Below, in pieces: positions 16,873 through 24,309 of a DNA stretch of 39,853 nucleotides. Made by a program: the position numbers and the translations under genes. The DNA is from a virus (lineage: Duplodnaviria > Caudoviricetes), in IMG/VR virus record IMGVR_UViG_3300020686_000007, positions 1 to 39,853 of that record. The stretch is one strand, 5' to 3'. The stretch's first letter is position 1. Every line of letters starts with the position of its first letter. A model generated the notes under the pieces. It was not told the origin of the DNA. It saw nothing but the letters and a program-made list of their open reading frames with translations, and made no database searches.

Positions 16873-17295
16873 ATGAAAAAGACTTATTGGGAAAAATTGC
16901 AAGACCCAAGGTGGCAAAGAAAGCGGCTTGAAACAATGGAAGCCAAAGATTTTTGCTGTGAAATGTGCGGCGATTCAAAATCAACGCTTAATGTTCATCA
17001 TAAAGAATATTTTAAGGATTTAGAACCTTGGCAATATGTAACAGATCAGCTTTCTGTTTTATGTCAAAATTGCCATGAAAACTTACATTCAAAGATTGAT
17101 GTATTAAAGCTAATTTCATCATTTTTACCTATTGATGGTCCTTTTGATAGGGACACAATGGCAATTGTTATTAGTGGTTTTTGGGGTGTAGATTACAAAA
17201 CAATGCTCGAATTATTTAAATTTGATGATATGGGCTGGATAAGAAATATATATGAATCTGGAACTTTAGCGGCGGAAAAAGCATATGCCAAATAG
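16873..17295 (+). CDS. HNH endonuclease-domain protein
   Basis: DPRWQRKR, CEMCG, LNVHHKEY, LSVLCQNCHENLH. Confidence 0.75.
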   Translation: MKKTYWEKLQDPRWQRKRLETMEAKDFCCEMCGDSKSTLNVHHKEYFKDLEPWQYVTDQLSVLCQNCHENLHSKIDVLKLISSFLPIDGPFDRDTMAIVISGFWGVDYKTMLELFKFDDMGWIRNIYESGTLAAEKAYAK

Positions 17296-18064
17296 ACTGC
17301 TAAAAGAAGGAATTGTTGATTCATCAGCCTTGGATGCATTAAGCCCAGAAGAAGAAGTATTTTTCTATAGATTGCTGGTGGTTTCAGATGATTTTGGCAG
17401 GATGGATGCTAGATTGCCAATCTTAAAATCTAAATGCTTTCCATTGAAAGATTTGCCAAAAATGCTCGAAAAGATCGAAGGCTGGTTGCAGTCATTGGTC
17501 AGACAAAAGCTAATTATTCGCTATCAAATTGAAGATAAACCATATTTACAAATATCCAAATGGGAACAAAGGATTAGGTCAAAAGGAAAATATCCATCGC
17601 CAGATGGCGCACAATTGATTGATAATAGCCAGACAAATGACAGCAATTTGCAGTCAAATGTCGGCTTGGGTTTGGGTTTGGGTAAGGGTAAGGGAATGGG
17701 TATGGGTGTTCAATCGCCTAATGGCTTTGAACAGTTTTGGATTGCCTATGATAAAAAAACAGGAAAGCAAAATGCTATTAAGGAATGGAAAAAAGTAAAT
17801 CCAGACGATTCATTGATTAAAAAGATTGTAGAAAAAGCTGGCATAGTAGCAAAAACAGTAGATGTTCAATTTAGAAAAGATCCAGAAAGATGGATAAAAG
17901 GGCATCATTGGGATGATGAAATAGTAATAAAAACCCAAGACAAACCTACTCAGCGATGGGATGCAACTTTAGAAGGTGTAATGTCTAAAGGCAGAGAATT
18001 GGGCATATTGCCAAAACCGGGCGAAACTGAAGGGCAATATCGAGAAAGGGTTAGGCAAGGATGA
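17285..18064 (+). CDS. Phage replication initiator (replisome organiser / O-like)
   Basis: MPNRLLKE, FFYRLLVVSDDFGR N-domain; GxGxG linker; FEQFWIAY.KK.GK..A...W and PERWIK...WDDE C-domain. Confidence 0.75.
   Translation: MPNRLLKEGIVDSSALDALSPEEEVFFYRLLVVSDDFGRMDARLPILKSKCFPLKDLPKMLEKIEGWLQSLVRQKLIIRYQIEDKPYLQISKWEQRIRSKGKYPSPDGAQLIDNSQTNDSNLQSNVGLGLGLGKGKGMGMGVQSPNGFEQFWIAYDKKTGKQNAIKEWKKVNPDDSLIKKIVEKAGIVAKTVDVQFRKDPERWIKGHHWDDEIVIKTQDKPTQRWDATLEGVMSKGRELGILPKPGETEGQYRERVRQG
17630..17706 (+). repeat. Putative origin: two 15-bp iteron-like repeats followed by seven GGG tracts at 6-bp period
   Basis: CAGACAAATGACAGC (17630) vs CAGTCAAATGTCGGC (17651), 12/15 identical; GGG at 17668, 17674, 17680, 17686, 17692, 17698, 17704. 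Confidence 0.5.
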
Positions 18065-18558
18065 ATACTGGCAATCACTCCTACACAGAAAGAATACAAG
18101 GTACTAATGCTGGTGAAGAACTATTTGAAGCATATTGTGAATCTAAGGGTTTTCACTTAACAAGATTAGGGTTTGATGAGCATAAAGCCAATATTCCTAA
18201 TTTCTTCAGATTAAATCAATACATTAGAAATATTCCTGATTATGTAATCAATACAGATAATGGAACTTTTGTAGTCAATGTCAAAGGGACAGATAACTTT
18301 AAGCAATCAGAATATAAATTGTTACCTGAATTTGGCGAATGGTTTAGTAGTAAAAAAGCCCCATTGATTTATGCATTTTGCTTTAGGGGTAGCGAAAGAC
18401 CCATATTGGTTTATCCAGAAAAAATTATTAGATTGTATGAAGAAGCTAAAATTGACCAATCTTGGAGTGATGGAGTAATCTATAGATGTCTGAATTTAAG
18501 AAGTCAGAAGCGTGGCGATCAGAATGTGAAGCAAGAGAACTACTCAGATGGTCTTTAA
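18061..18558 (+). CDS. PD-(D/E)XK-fold nuclease-like protein
   Basis: GEELFEAYC, IPDYVI, VVNVKGT (N in place of D/E). Confidence 0.5.
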   Translation: MNTGNHSYTERIQGTNAGEELFEAYCESKGFHLTRLGFDEHKANIPNFFRLNQYIRNIPDYVINTDNGTFVVNVKGTDNFKQSEYKLLPEFGEWFSSKKAPLIYAFCFRGSERPILVYPEKIIRLYEEAKIDQSWSDGVIYRCLNLRSQKRGDQNVKQENYSDGL

Positions 18559-18704
18559 AGGATAGAAGGAAGCAAATAGCTTTAGTCTGGGAAAAGCGTG
18601 GTGGTGAATCAGCAATCAAACTACAGGATGAAATAACAAGATTATGGAAAATACAGAAGAATCAGCAAACAAAGCAAGACGATTTATTTATGACAAATCA
18701 GTAG
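18486..18704 (+). CDS. Hypothetical protein
   Basis: 72 aa, SEAWRSECEAR; operon context. Confidence 0.6.
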   Translation: MSEFKKSEAWRSECEARELLRWSLKDRRKQIALVWEKRGGESAIKLQDEITRLWKIQKNQQTKQDDLFMTNQ

Positions 18705-18976
18705 ATTTTGCCCAATCGAAGGCTAACCGGGTCTATATCGAGAATTTCCTTAGATCAAAAAAATCCATGCTTATGGCTGAATCAGAAGCTACAACTATGG
18801 CTGGTAAAGAAGTAGATGCCTATAAGCATCCAGACTATATAGCATTGCTATATGGGTTAAAAGAAGCTGTTTTACTAGAAGAAGAATTAAAATGGAAGTT
18901 GTTATCAGCACAATTGGCTATTGAAATCTATAGGACAGAAAGTGCAAATAATCGTGCTATTGATAAAGCTATTTGA
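18644..18976 (+). CDS. Hypothetical helical protein
   Basis: 110 aa, AYKHPDY...EELKWKL...IEIYRTESAN. Confidence 0.65.
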   Translation: MENTEESANKARRFIYDKSVDFAQSKANRVYIENFLRSKKSMLMAESEATTMAGKEVDAYKHPDYIALLYGLKEAVLLEEELKWKLLSAQLAIEIYRTESANNRAIDKAI

Positions 18977-19054
18977 ATGGGTGATATACCTTACTATTTT
19001 GGTATCCTTATTTTCGCTATCGTTTTCTTTTCTATATGGATTAATCTTAAATGA
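18977..19054 (+). CDS. 25-aa single-TM peptide, absent from ORF track
   Basis: MGDIPYYFGILIFAIVFFSIWINLK; abuts the previous stop and overlaps the next ORF by ATGA. Confidence 0.45.
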   Translation: MGDIPYYFGILIFAIVFFSIWINLK

Positions 19055-19197
19055 GTTCTTGGCTGATAATTGTTACTGGTTTAATCTACTTTTACATTTC
19101 TGTTGACATGGCAATCAAAGGTGATGTGGGTCTGGCTTGTATGTATGCTGGATATTGTTTTGCCAATTATGGAGCTTATCTTTTAGCAACCAAATAA
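19051..19197 (+). CDS. 48-aa two-TM membrane protein, absent from ORF track
   Basis: MSSWLIIVTGLIYFYISVDMAIKGDVGLACMYAGYCFANYGAYLLATK; ATGA and TAATG overlaps on the two sides. Confidence 0.65.
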   Translation: MSSWLIIVTGLIYFYISVDMAIKGDVGLACMYAGYCFANYGAYLLATK

Positions 19198-19484
19198 TGT
19201 ACAGAAATGCAAAACTGCTTAAATCAATCAAAGATATTCCCTGTCAGTTATGTGGGGCAGAAGATGGAACTATTGTTGCCGCCCATTCAAATCAGCTTAG
19301 GGATGGCAAAGGTAGAGGACTTAAAGCCCATGATTATCGGATTGCGACCTTGTGCTTTAAGTGCCATGAGGAAATCGACCAAGGATCGAAACTCAACAAA
19401 TCCCAAAGGATTGAGATGTGGGAAGAAGCCCATAGAAAAACCATTGGTGAACTTTTTGAAAGAGGAATACTAAATGTCAAATAA
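19197..19484 (+). CDS. DUF1364/YbcO-like Zn-binding HNH-type nuclease (start 19197)
   Basis: PCQLCG...VAAHSN...GKGRGLKAHD...LCFKCHEEID. Confidence 0.7.
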   Translation: MYRNAKLLKSIKDIPCQLCGAEDGTIVAAHSNQLRDGKGRGLKAHDYRIATLCFKCHEEIDQGSKLNKSQRIEMWEEAHRKTIGELFERGILNVK

Positions 19485-19713
19485 AGTTATCAAAACTTAT
19501 GCTGATGGCAAAGCAAACTATGTTGTAGGTGGAGATGAAATCAATGAGATTATTGAACATCTAAATGATTTATTTGTAGGAAAACCCATGACTAGAACAG
19601 AAATGGATTTGTTGCAACATATTGTGAATCATATCTGCAATATGGCTAATGAGAACCAACTGCTTAGAATCTACAACCAAGAGCAAGTAAAACCTTATTC
19701 AAGCAATCATTAA
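19474..19713 (+). CDS. Hypothetical protein, last gene of the rightward operon
   Basis: 79 aa, GAGGA RBS. Confidence 0.55.
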   Translation: MSNKVIKTYADGKANYVVGGDEINEIIEHLNDLFVGKPMTRTEMDLLQHIVNHICNMANENQLLRIYNQEQVKPYSSNH

Positions 19714-20204
19714 ATGTGTAATTAAATACACAAATATCGTACAATAATTACCTATGTTTGCATGATTTTTTCTTGAAATTTCATGCACTTACAAGCGTTT
19801 TTAAAATAGGTCAGATTACAATAACAAAGTAAAGTTTCAAACAAAAACAAAGTAAACCCTGTAATATGGAAATACAATCTAAATACTGTAAGAAAAAGTT
19901 TCCCTATCAGGCAATTTTGATTAAAAAGTAAGCAAAAATGGAAAAATCTTCCTGATCGGGGCATTTTGTAAGGTTTAGTAAATGATTCATTAATAAGGCT
20001 TTATTCTATTTAAGGATTCTTTAATAAGTCATAGTAATGCAATTGCATTGTCAACAACTTTACAATCAACCACCAAAAACTATACAAAATGTCAACAAAT
20101 CTGCTGATATACATACTTTTTGTCAATAATTATGCATATAGGTATCAATATGTATATGAAATAAATACCTATAGGTACTAGACAATAAATTAACTGTCTA
20201 GTAA
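19714..20204. repeat. Non-coding tract tiled with diverse palindromes and paired imperfect repeats
   Basis: About ten distinct inverted or paired motifs (see finding); lies between two convergent stop codons. Confidence 0.75.
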
Positions 20205-20558
20205 TTACAACTCTAGTGGATCAAACCCGCAAGACACACCAATTTGATGAGCTTTTCTCCTAAATGATGCATCATGCTTTAACCATGCATCAGAAACAGT
20301 ACCAGACCTAGAAGCATGGATCATTTCGTGAGCTATAGTTTTAATTACTGTCTCCAAAAACCCACATCTAGATGCAGAAATGGTAATCGTATGCTCATGC
20401 TCATCCCCTTCATCGTAACAATAAGTACCCATTGTTTCAGGGTCATAGTCAACTATGAATTTAACTTCTTCTGGCAATGGAAGTTTCCATTTTGAAAATG
20501 GCTCGCAACAATACAGCATTGCATAGATATTTCTAAGAATGGTTGGTGTTAACTTCAT
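20205..20558 (-). CDS. SprT-like zinc metalloprotease
   Basis: TIAHEMIHA (HExxH) and downstream KHDASF. Confidence 0.7.
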   Translation of the reverse strand: MKLTPTILRNIYAMLYCCEPFSKWKLPLPEEVKFIVDYDPETMGTYCYDEGDEHEHTITISASRCGFLETVIKTIAHEMIHASRSGTVSDAWLKHDASFRRKAHQIGVSCGFDPLEL

Positions 20559-21787
20559 TTCCAGCTAATCCATTCTTTAGATTTAGACTGTCTCTTTCTA
20601 TCTACATAAACTGGCATAGAAAAAGTTAAACCATGTTCAGGATGGGTAAGCCATAATGCTTGCCTAGGCGGTTCAAAGCCAAAGTTGTTGCTATATGCAT
20701 ATTCATCGTAACCTTTCAAGCTACCATTAACAATCAGTCTCTCCAATTGGATAAGTTGATGCCAATGCCCTAATAGCATAGTGTCGTATTCCATTTCAAT
20801 TTGTGAGTTTCTAGATCGTTTGCGATGATCGCCACGAATGATCGGTCCGATTGCTCCAATAACACCATCTCCACCCCTAAACTGATCTCCATGAGTTAAT
20901 AGATATTTATGCCCATAAATGCTGTAATAAGCATCTGATCCATCTGGAATTAAGAATGTGATTCTTGAATCATTTTCAAAATGCTTATCTAAGAACTGAT
21001 ATAACAACCAATCAAAAGATGTGAAGTTTCTGCCTTTATTGCGAATCTTATGGGTATTTCTACCATGATTGCCTGATACACAAGGAATAAAGACATTTCC
21101 AAACTCATTGGCTAGTGTTTCAATACACCAAATCAATACTCCAAACAAATCTACAACTGTTGGCATGATCTCCATTGCATTGGTAGCCATTAGTTCTTCA
21201 TGGATGTCACCAGACACCATATCGCCACCTAAGATAAATACAATCCCCGGATAATCTGAATGGGCAATGTGATTCTTTAGCAAATCAATAGTCTTTTCAA
21301 CCATTACTTTTGCTCTATCTTGGGCTATTGCCACATTGAAATCATTAACCCCATTAATTTGGTCAGGATCAACAACTTCACCCCAATGCCAATCACTAGC
21401 AAACAAACTAGGTACACCAGCAACAGTTTTGCCTTTCTTGGGTTTGACCAACCAATTTGGGATCTTTGGTTTCGCATCTGCCATATTAAGGATAACTTTC
21501 TTAATGTACTTTTCATTAAGTTCTTCCCTTTTTTGTGTAGATATTGAAGATTCAAGCTGTCTAATCTTATCTTTAGCTTCTAATAGCTTTTGATATAGAT
21601 CAGGTTCTTCTGGTTTAACCATCTTGATAGTGGGTTCTAGACCCCTAGCAATCCCATTGTTATACCTAGATGTAAATGTGCTAGGATTAAGATTCAGGGA
21701 CTTAGCGGCTAATAATTTAGACCCGGTAAGGGCAAATGCATTAATCGCTTCTTGACATAGGACATTGCTTATAGGTTCATTTGCCAT
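20555..21787 (-). CDS. Calcineurin-like metallophosphoesterase with N-terminal HTH/coiled coil
   Basis: SDWHWGE, GGDMVSG, SGNHGR, THGD, GHWH motifs. Confidence 0.85.
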   Translation of the reverse strand: MANEPISNVLCQEAINAFALTGSKLLAAKSLNLNPSTFTSRYNNGIARGLEPTIKMVKPEEPDLYQKLLEAKDKIRQLESSISTQKREELNEKYIKKVILNMADAKPKIPNWLVKPKKGKTVAGVPSLFASDWHWGEVVDPDQINGVNDFNVAIAQDRAKVMVEKTIDLLKNHIAHSDYPGIVFILGGDMVSGDIHEELMATNAMEIMPTVVDLFGVLIWCIETLANEFGNVFIPCVSGNHGRNTHKIRNKGRNFTSFDWLLYQFLDKHFENDSRITFLIPDGSDAYYSIYGHKYLLTHGDQFRGGDGVIGAIGPIIRGDHRKRSRNSQIEMEYDTMLLGHWHQLIQLERLIVNGSLKGYDEYAYSNNFGFEPPRQALWLTHPEHGLTFSMPVYVDRKRQSKSKEWISWK

Positions 21788-21840
21788 AACTGTTCCAGTT
21801 GGATTAAGTTCTTGAAATAATACATCTTTTTTATGAAACC

Positions 21841-22002
21841 ATGCTTGAAATTAATAAATACATCCAGAAATTGCTAGTACATAGTTTAAGGGTTTGCTCA
21901 ATCTGTAAATATAAGCACAAAACTAGCGAAGGGTATTTCTTGATCTATAACAATGGATTAAATGAAAGATTTGTTTGTAAATCTTGTAGTAAAATAGATT
22001 GA
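21841..22002 (+). CDS. Small Zn-ribbon protein (53 aa), absent from ORF track
   Basis: MLEINKYIQKLLVHSLRVCSICK...FVCKSCSKID; TGATG overlap with the next gene. Confidence 0.55.
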   Translation: MLEINKYIQKLLVHSLRVCSICKYKHKTSEGYFLIYNNGLNERFVCKSCSKID

Positions 22003-22430
22003 TGCCATATACAAAAACAGATCAAGGTTGGATGTGGGGTAGGCAAGGACCATTCCCAACAAAGCAAAAAGCCATTAATGTGGCTAAAGCCGCCTATGCA
22101 TCGGGATTTCACGAAGAAAAGCGTCAGAAAGATTTGTGCATTGCTCTTGATTATCACAACACTTATTCAGCCGATCCTAAGTTCTGGGACACCTTCATTT
22201 ATATGTGCTGGATGCGAAAATTCGAGGTTTATTGCATAACCCACCATACAGGCGAAAAGCAAAATGAAAAACTTATGGACAGTATTGGTAAAGTGTTGGA
22301 CAAAGACCATATCATTTTTACAATGGGCAAAGCAAAAATGGACTATGTTAAAAGCATAGGATTAGATATTGACATTTGGATTGATAACAATCCAATCCAT
22401 ATTATTCAAGACCCAGACACAGAACAATGA
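22002..22430 (+). CDS. Short N-terminal domain fused to a degenerate HAD-like domain
   Basis: IALDYHNT (DxDxT variant), CITH, KAKMD, IWIDNNP (DD variant). Confidence 0.55.
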   Translation: MPYTKTDQGWMWGRQGPFPTKQKAINVAKAAYASGFHEEKRQKDLCIALDYHNTYSADPKFWDTFIYMCWMRKFEVYCITHHTGEKQNEKLMDSIGKVLDKDHIIFTMGKAKMDYVKSIGLDIDIWIDNNPIHIIQDPDTEQ

Positions 22431-22651
22431 CTTGGAATATCAGAGTTGTAAAATATTTAGAAGAAGGTGAGCCAGTTTTAGCATTGGCTGAAGTCTTTTA
22501 TAACACTCAGGGTAAACCCTGTGGCTTTACTACAGCATCAGCAGTAGATGAATCAATTGACAATTTGCATCAATATGTAGATTGGATGAAAGAAGCATTG
22601 GCATATCCAATCATTGAATTTGAATCCCAATTTGATGATATGGACAAATAG
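22427..22651 (+). CDS. Hypothetical protein
   Basis: 74 aa, MTWNIRVVK...EVFYN..GKP; ATGA overlap. Confidence 0.65.
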   Translation: MTWNIRVVKYLEEGEPVLALAEVFYNTQGKPCGFTTASAVDESIDNLHQYVDWMKEALAYPIIEFESQFDDMDK

Positions 22652-22682
22652 TGTTGGTAAATAACAACAAAATACAATAAAA

Positions 22683-23273
22683 GTGAAATCTGATTACAAA
22701 ATACAAAAAATAGAAAAATCTGTATGTGCTGAAATTTTATTGAAATATCATTATTTAAAAGATATATCAAAAGGCTTTAAAAGCGGATTTAACTATGGAT
22801 TATTTAAAGAAAATGATTGTGTAGGTGTAATCATTTTTACCGGCTTTCCTGTTCCAGAGCTATCTAAAGGTATGTTAGGGCTGGAAAGAAGCGATCAAAG
22901 CGGTTTATTTGAACTTAGTAGATTGTGTTTAGTTCCAGATATTCAACAAATTGAACATAATTTGGCATCTTGGTTTGTATCTAAAGCAATCAAAATGCTA
23001 AGAAAAGATACAAATGTTAGAGTAATTTTGTCTTATGCAGATTCAGAATACCATCAAGGGACTATTTATAAGGCTTGTAATTTTGATTATTATGGGTTGT
23101 CTGCATTAAAAAAAGATTTTTGGATTAAAAAAGCCGATGGCAGTTTTATTAAACATAGCCGAGGTAGTGTTAAAGGAATTGATGGCGAATGGCGCAATAG
23201 AACCCAAAAGCATCGATTTGCTATTGTTTATGACAAATCATTAAAAGTGTTGTGGAATAAGTGCAATGCCTAG
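22683..23273 (+). CDS. Mom-like (GNAT-fold) DNA adenine-modification protein
   Basis: YHYL, YGLF...CVGVIIF, ELSRL, ASWFVSKAIK, ILSYAD..HQGTIYKACNF.YYG. Confidence 0.7.
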   Translation: MKSDYKIQKIEKSVCAEILLKYHYLKDISKGFKSGFNYGLFKENDCVGVIIFTGFPVPELSKGMLGLERSDQSGLFELSRLCLVPDIQQIEHNLASWFVSKAIKMLRKDTNVRVILSYADSEYHQGTIYKACNFDYYGLSALKKDFWIKKADGSFIKHSRGSVKGIDGEWRNRTQKHRFAIVYDKSLKVLWNKCNA

Positions 23274-23724
23274 CCTACCAACTTATACAAAGTGCGCCAG
23301 CCTAGGTTGCAAGAATACAAAGAGCAAACTCAACAGCTATTGCACAGAGCATGGCGGCAAAGAATGGATAGATACAGAAGATAGAAAGCAATTCAATTCT
23401 ATGTATCAGTCTGCATTTTGGCGGCAAAAGCGACAAACCCAGCTTTCAATCCAACCGCTGTGCCAAGCCTGTTTGTCTGAGGGTCGCATAGGTAGTGCCA
23501 TTCATGTCGATCATGTATTCGCATGGAAGGTACTGGGCAAACAAGCCTTTATTAACAACTTGTTTCAGTCGCTATGCCCAGAACATCACAGCCATAAAAC
23601 AGCACTCGAACAGCAGGGCATATACAGGCACTACAGCGATCCAATCAAAGACTATGGGGTGGCAGACTATGGATATATCGTTGGCTTGGCTGAAGCCGAT
23701 TCTGACCCCTTGCCAGCCTTCTAG
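23266..23724 (+). CDS. Terminase-associated HNH endonuclease (HK97 gp74-like)
   Basis: CASLGC..YCTEH, PLCQAC, HVDHV, FQSLCPEHHSHKT; immediately upstream of terS. Confidence 0.8.
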   Translation: MPSLPTYTKCASLGCKNTKSKLNSYCTEHGGKEWIDTEDRKQFNSMYQSAFWRQKRQTQLSIQPLCQACLSEGRIGSAIHVDHVFAWKVLGKQAFINNLFQSLCPEHHSHKTALEQQGIYRHYSDPIKDYGVADYGYIVGLAEADSDPLPAF

Positions 23725-23797
23725 AAAGCTATCGGTTAGAAACTTAAACTTTTTTGGACAGCTATTGAAGCAGGGCGACTTACAATCTTCCAAAAAA

Positions 23798-23837
23798 GGG
23801 GTTGCCAAGAGGGGGGTGTTGCTTATAAACTACAACC
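23798..23837 (+). promoter_or_regulatory. Candidate cos region overlapping a promoter for leaderless terS
   Basis: G-runs (GGGG 23798, GGGGGG 23811) between HNH and terS; TTGCCA (23802)-18-TAAACT (23826)-6-ATG. Confidence 0.4.
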
Positions 23838-24308
23838 ATGAACAAACTCCCAGTCGAACTTCATTTGGTGCATGGAACTAAACCAGAGCATAGCGCCATG
23901 CCTTTACCTGAATCGGTAAAAAAGAGAATACCTGAAGCGGAGTGGATGAGCAATCCAAGCTGTTGGAATAAAGCGACATTTGTTCAAGAAACTTCCGACT
24001 ATCTTTATGATGTTTATGGCATTGGCTCAAATCAAGATAAACATACTTTGGCTATGTTGGCAGATCAGATCGACCTATATGTTTCATGTAACATCCAATT
24101 GGCTGGAAGTGATTTAGTTATATCCACAAATGATGGAAAGACCCTTGCGCCTAATCCGATCATATCTATTCGGAACAACTCTTTGAAGTTGGTAATTCAG
24201 TTAATGAATGAATTAGGGTTAACCCCTAGAGGTAGATTGAATAAGACAGAATCCAATACCGATGATAACTCAGCGGTATCCAAATTCCTAAGAGGTCCAA
24301 AAGGATAA
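23838..24308 (+). CDS. terS: Terminase small subunit (P27 family)
   Basis: KLPVELHLVHGT, NPII.IRN...LMNELGLTPRGR. Confidence 0.85.
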   Translation: MNKLPVELHLVHGTKPEHSAMPLPESVKKRIPEAEWMSNPSCWNKATFVQETSDYLYDVYGIGSNQDKHTLAMLADQIDLYVSCNIQLAGSDLVISTNDGKTLAPNPIISIRNNSLKLVIQLMNELGLTPRGRLNKTESNTDDNSAVSKFLRGPKG

Positions 24309-24309
24309 G

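Noticed and set aside
19714-20204. CRISPR or mini-array interpretation, and the 70-aa minus ORF 19752..19964
   Set aside because: There is no constant repeat with regular spacers and no cas genes. The ORF lacks an RBS and looks like translated AT-rich non-coding DNA.
21990-22004. Leaderless promoter (TAAAAT-6-ATG) for the 22002 gene
   Set aside because: Better explained by TGATG coupling to the 53-aa ORF at 21841; no -35 box.
23495-23881. 128-aa plus ORF and 78-aa minus ORF across the HNH/terS gap
   Set aside because: They overlap well-supported genes and the putative cos/promoter region, and show no motifs.
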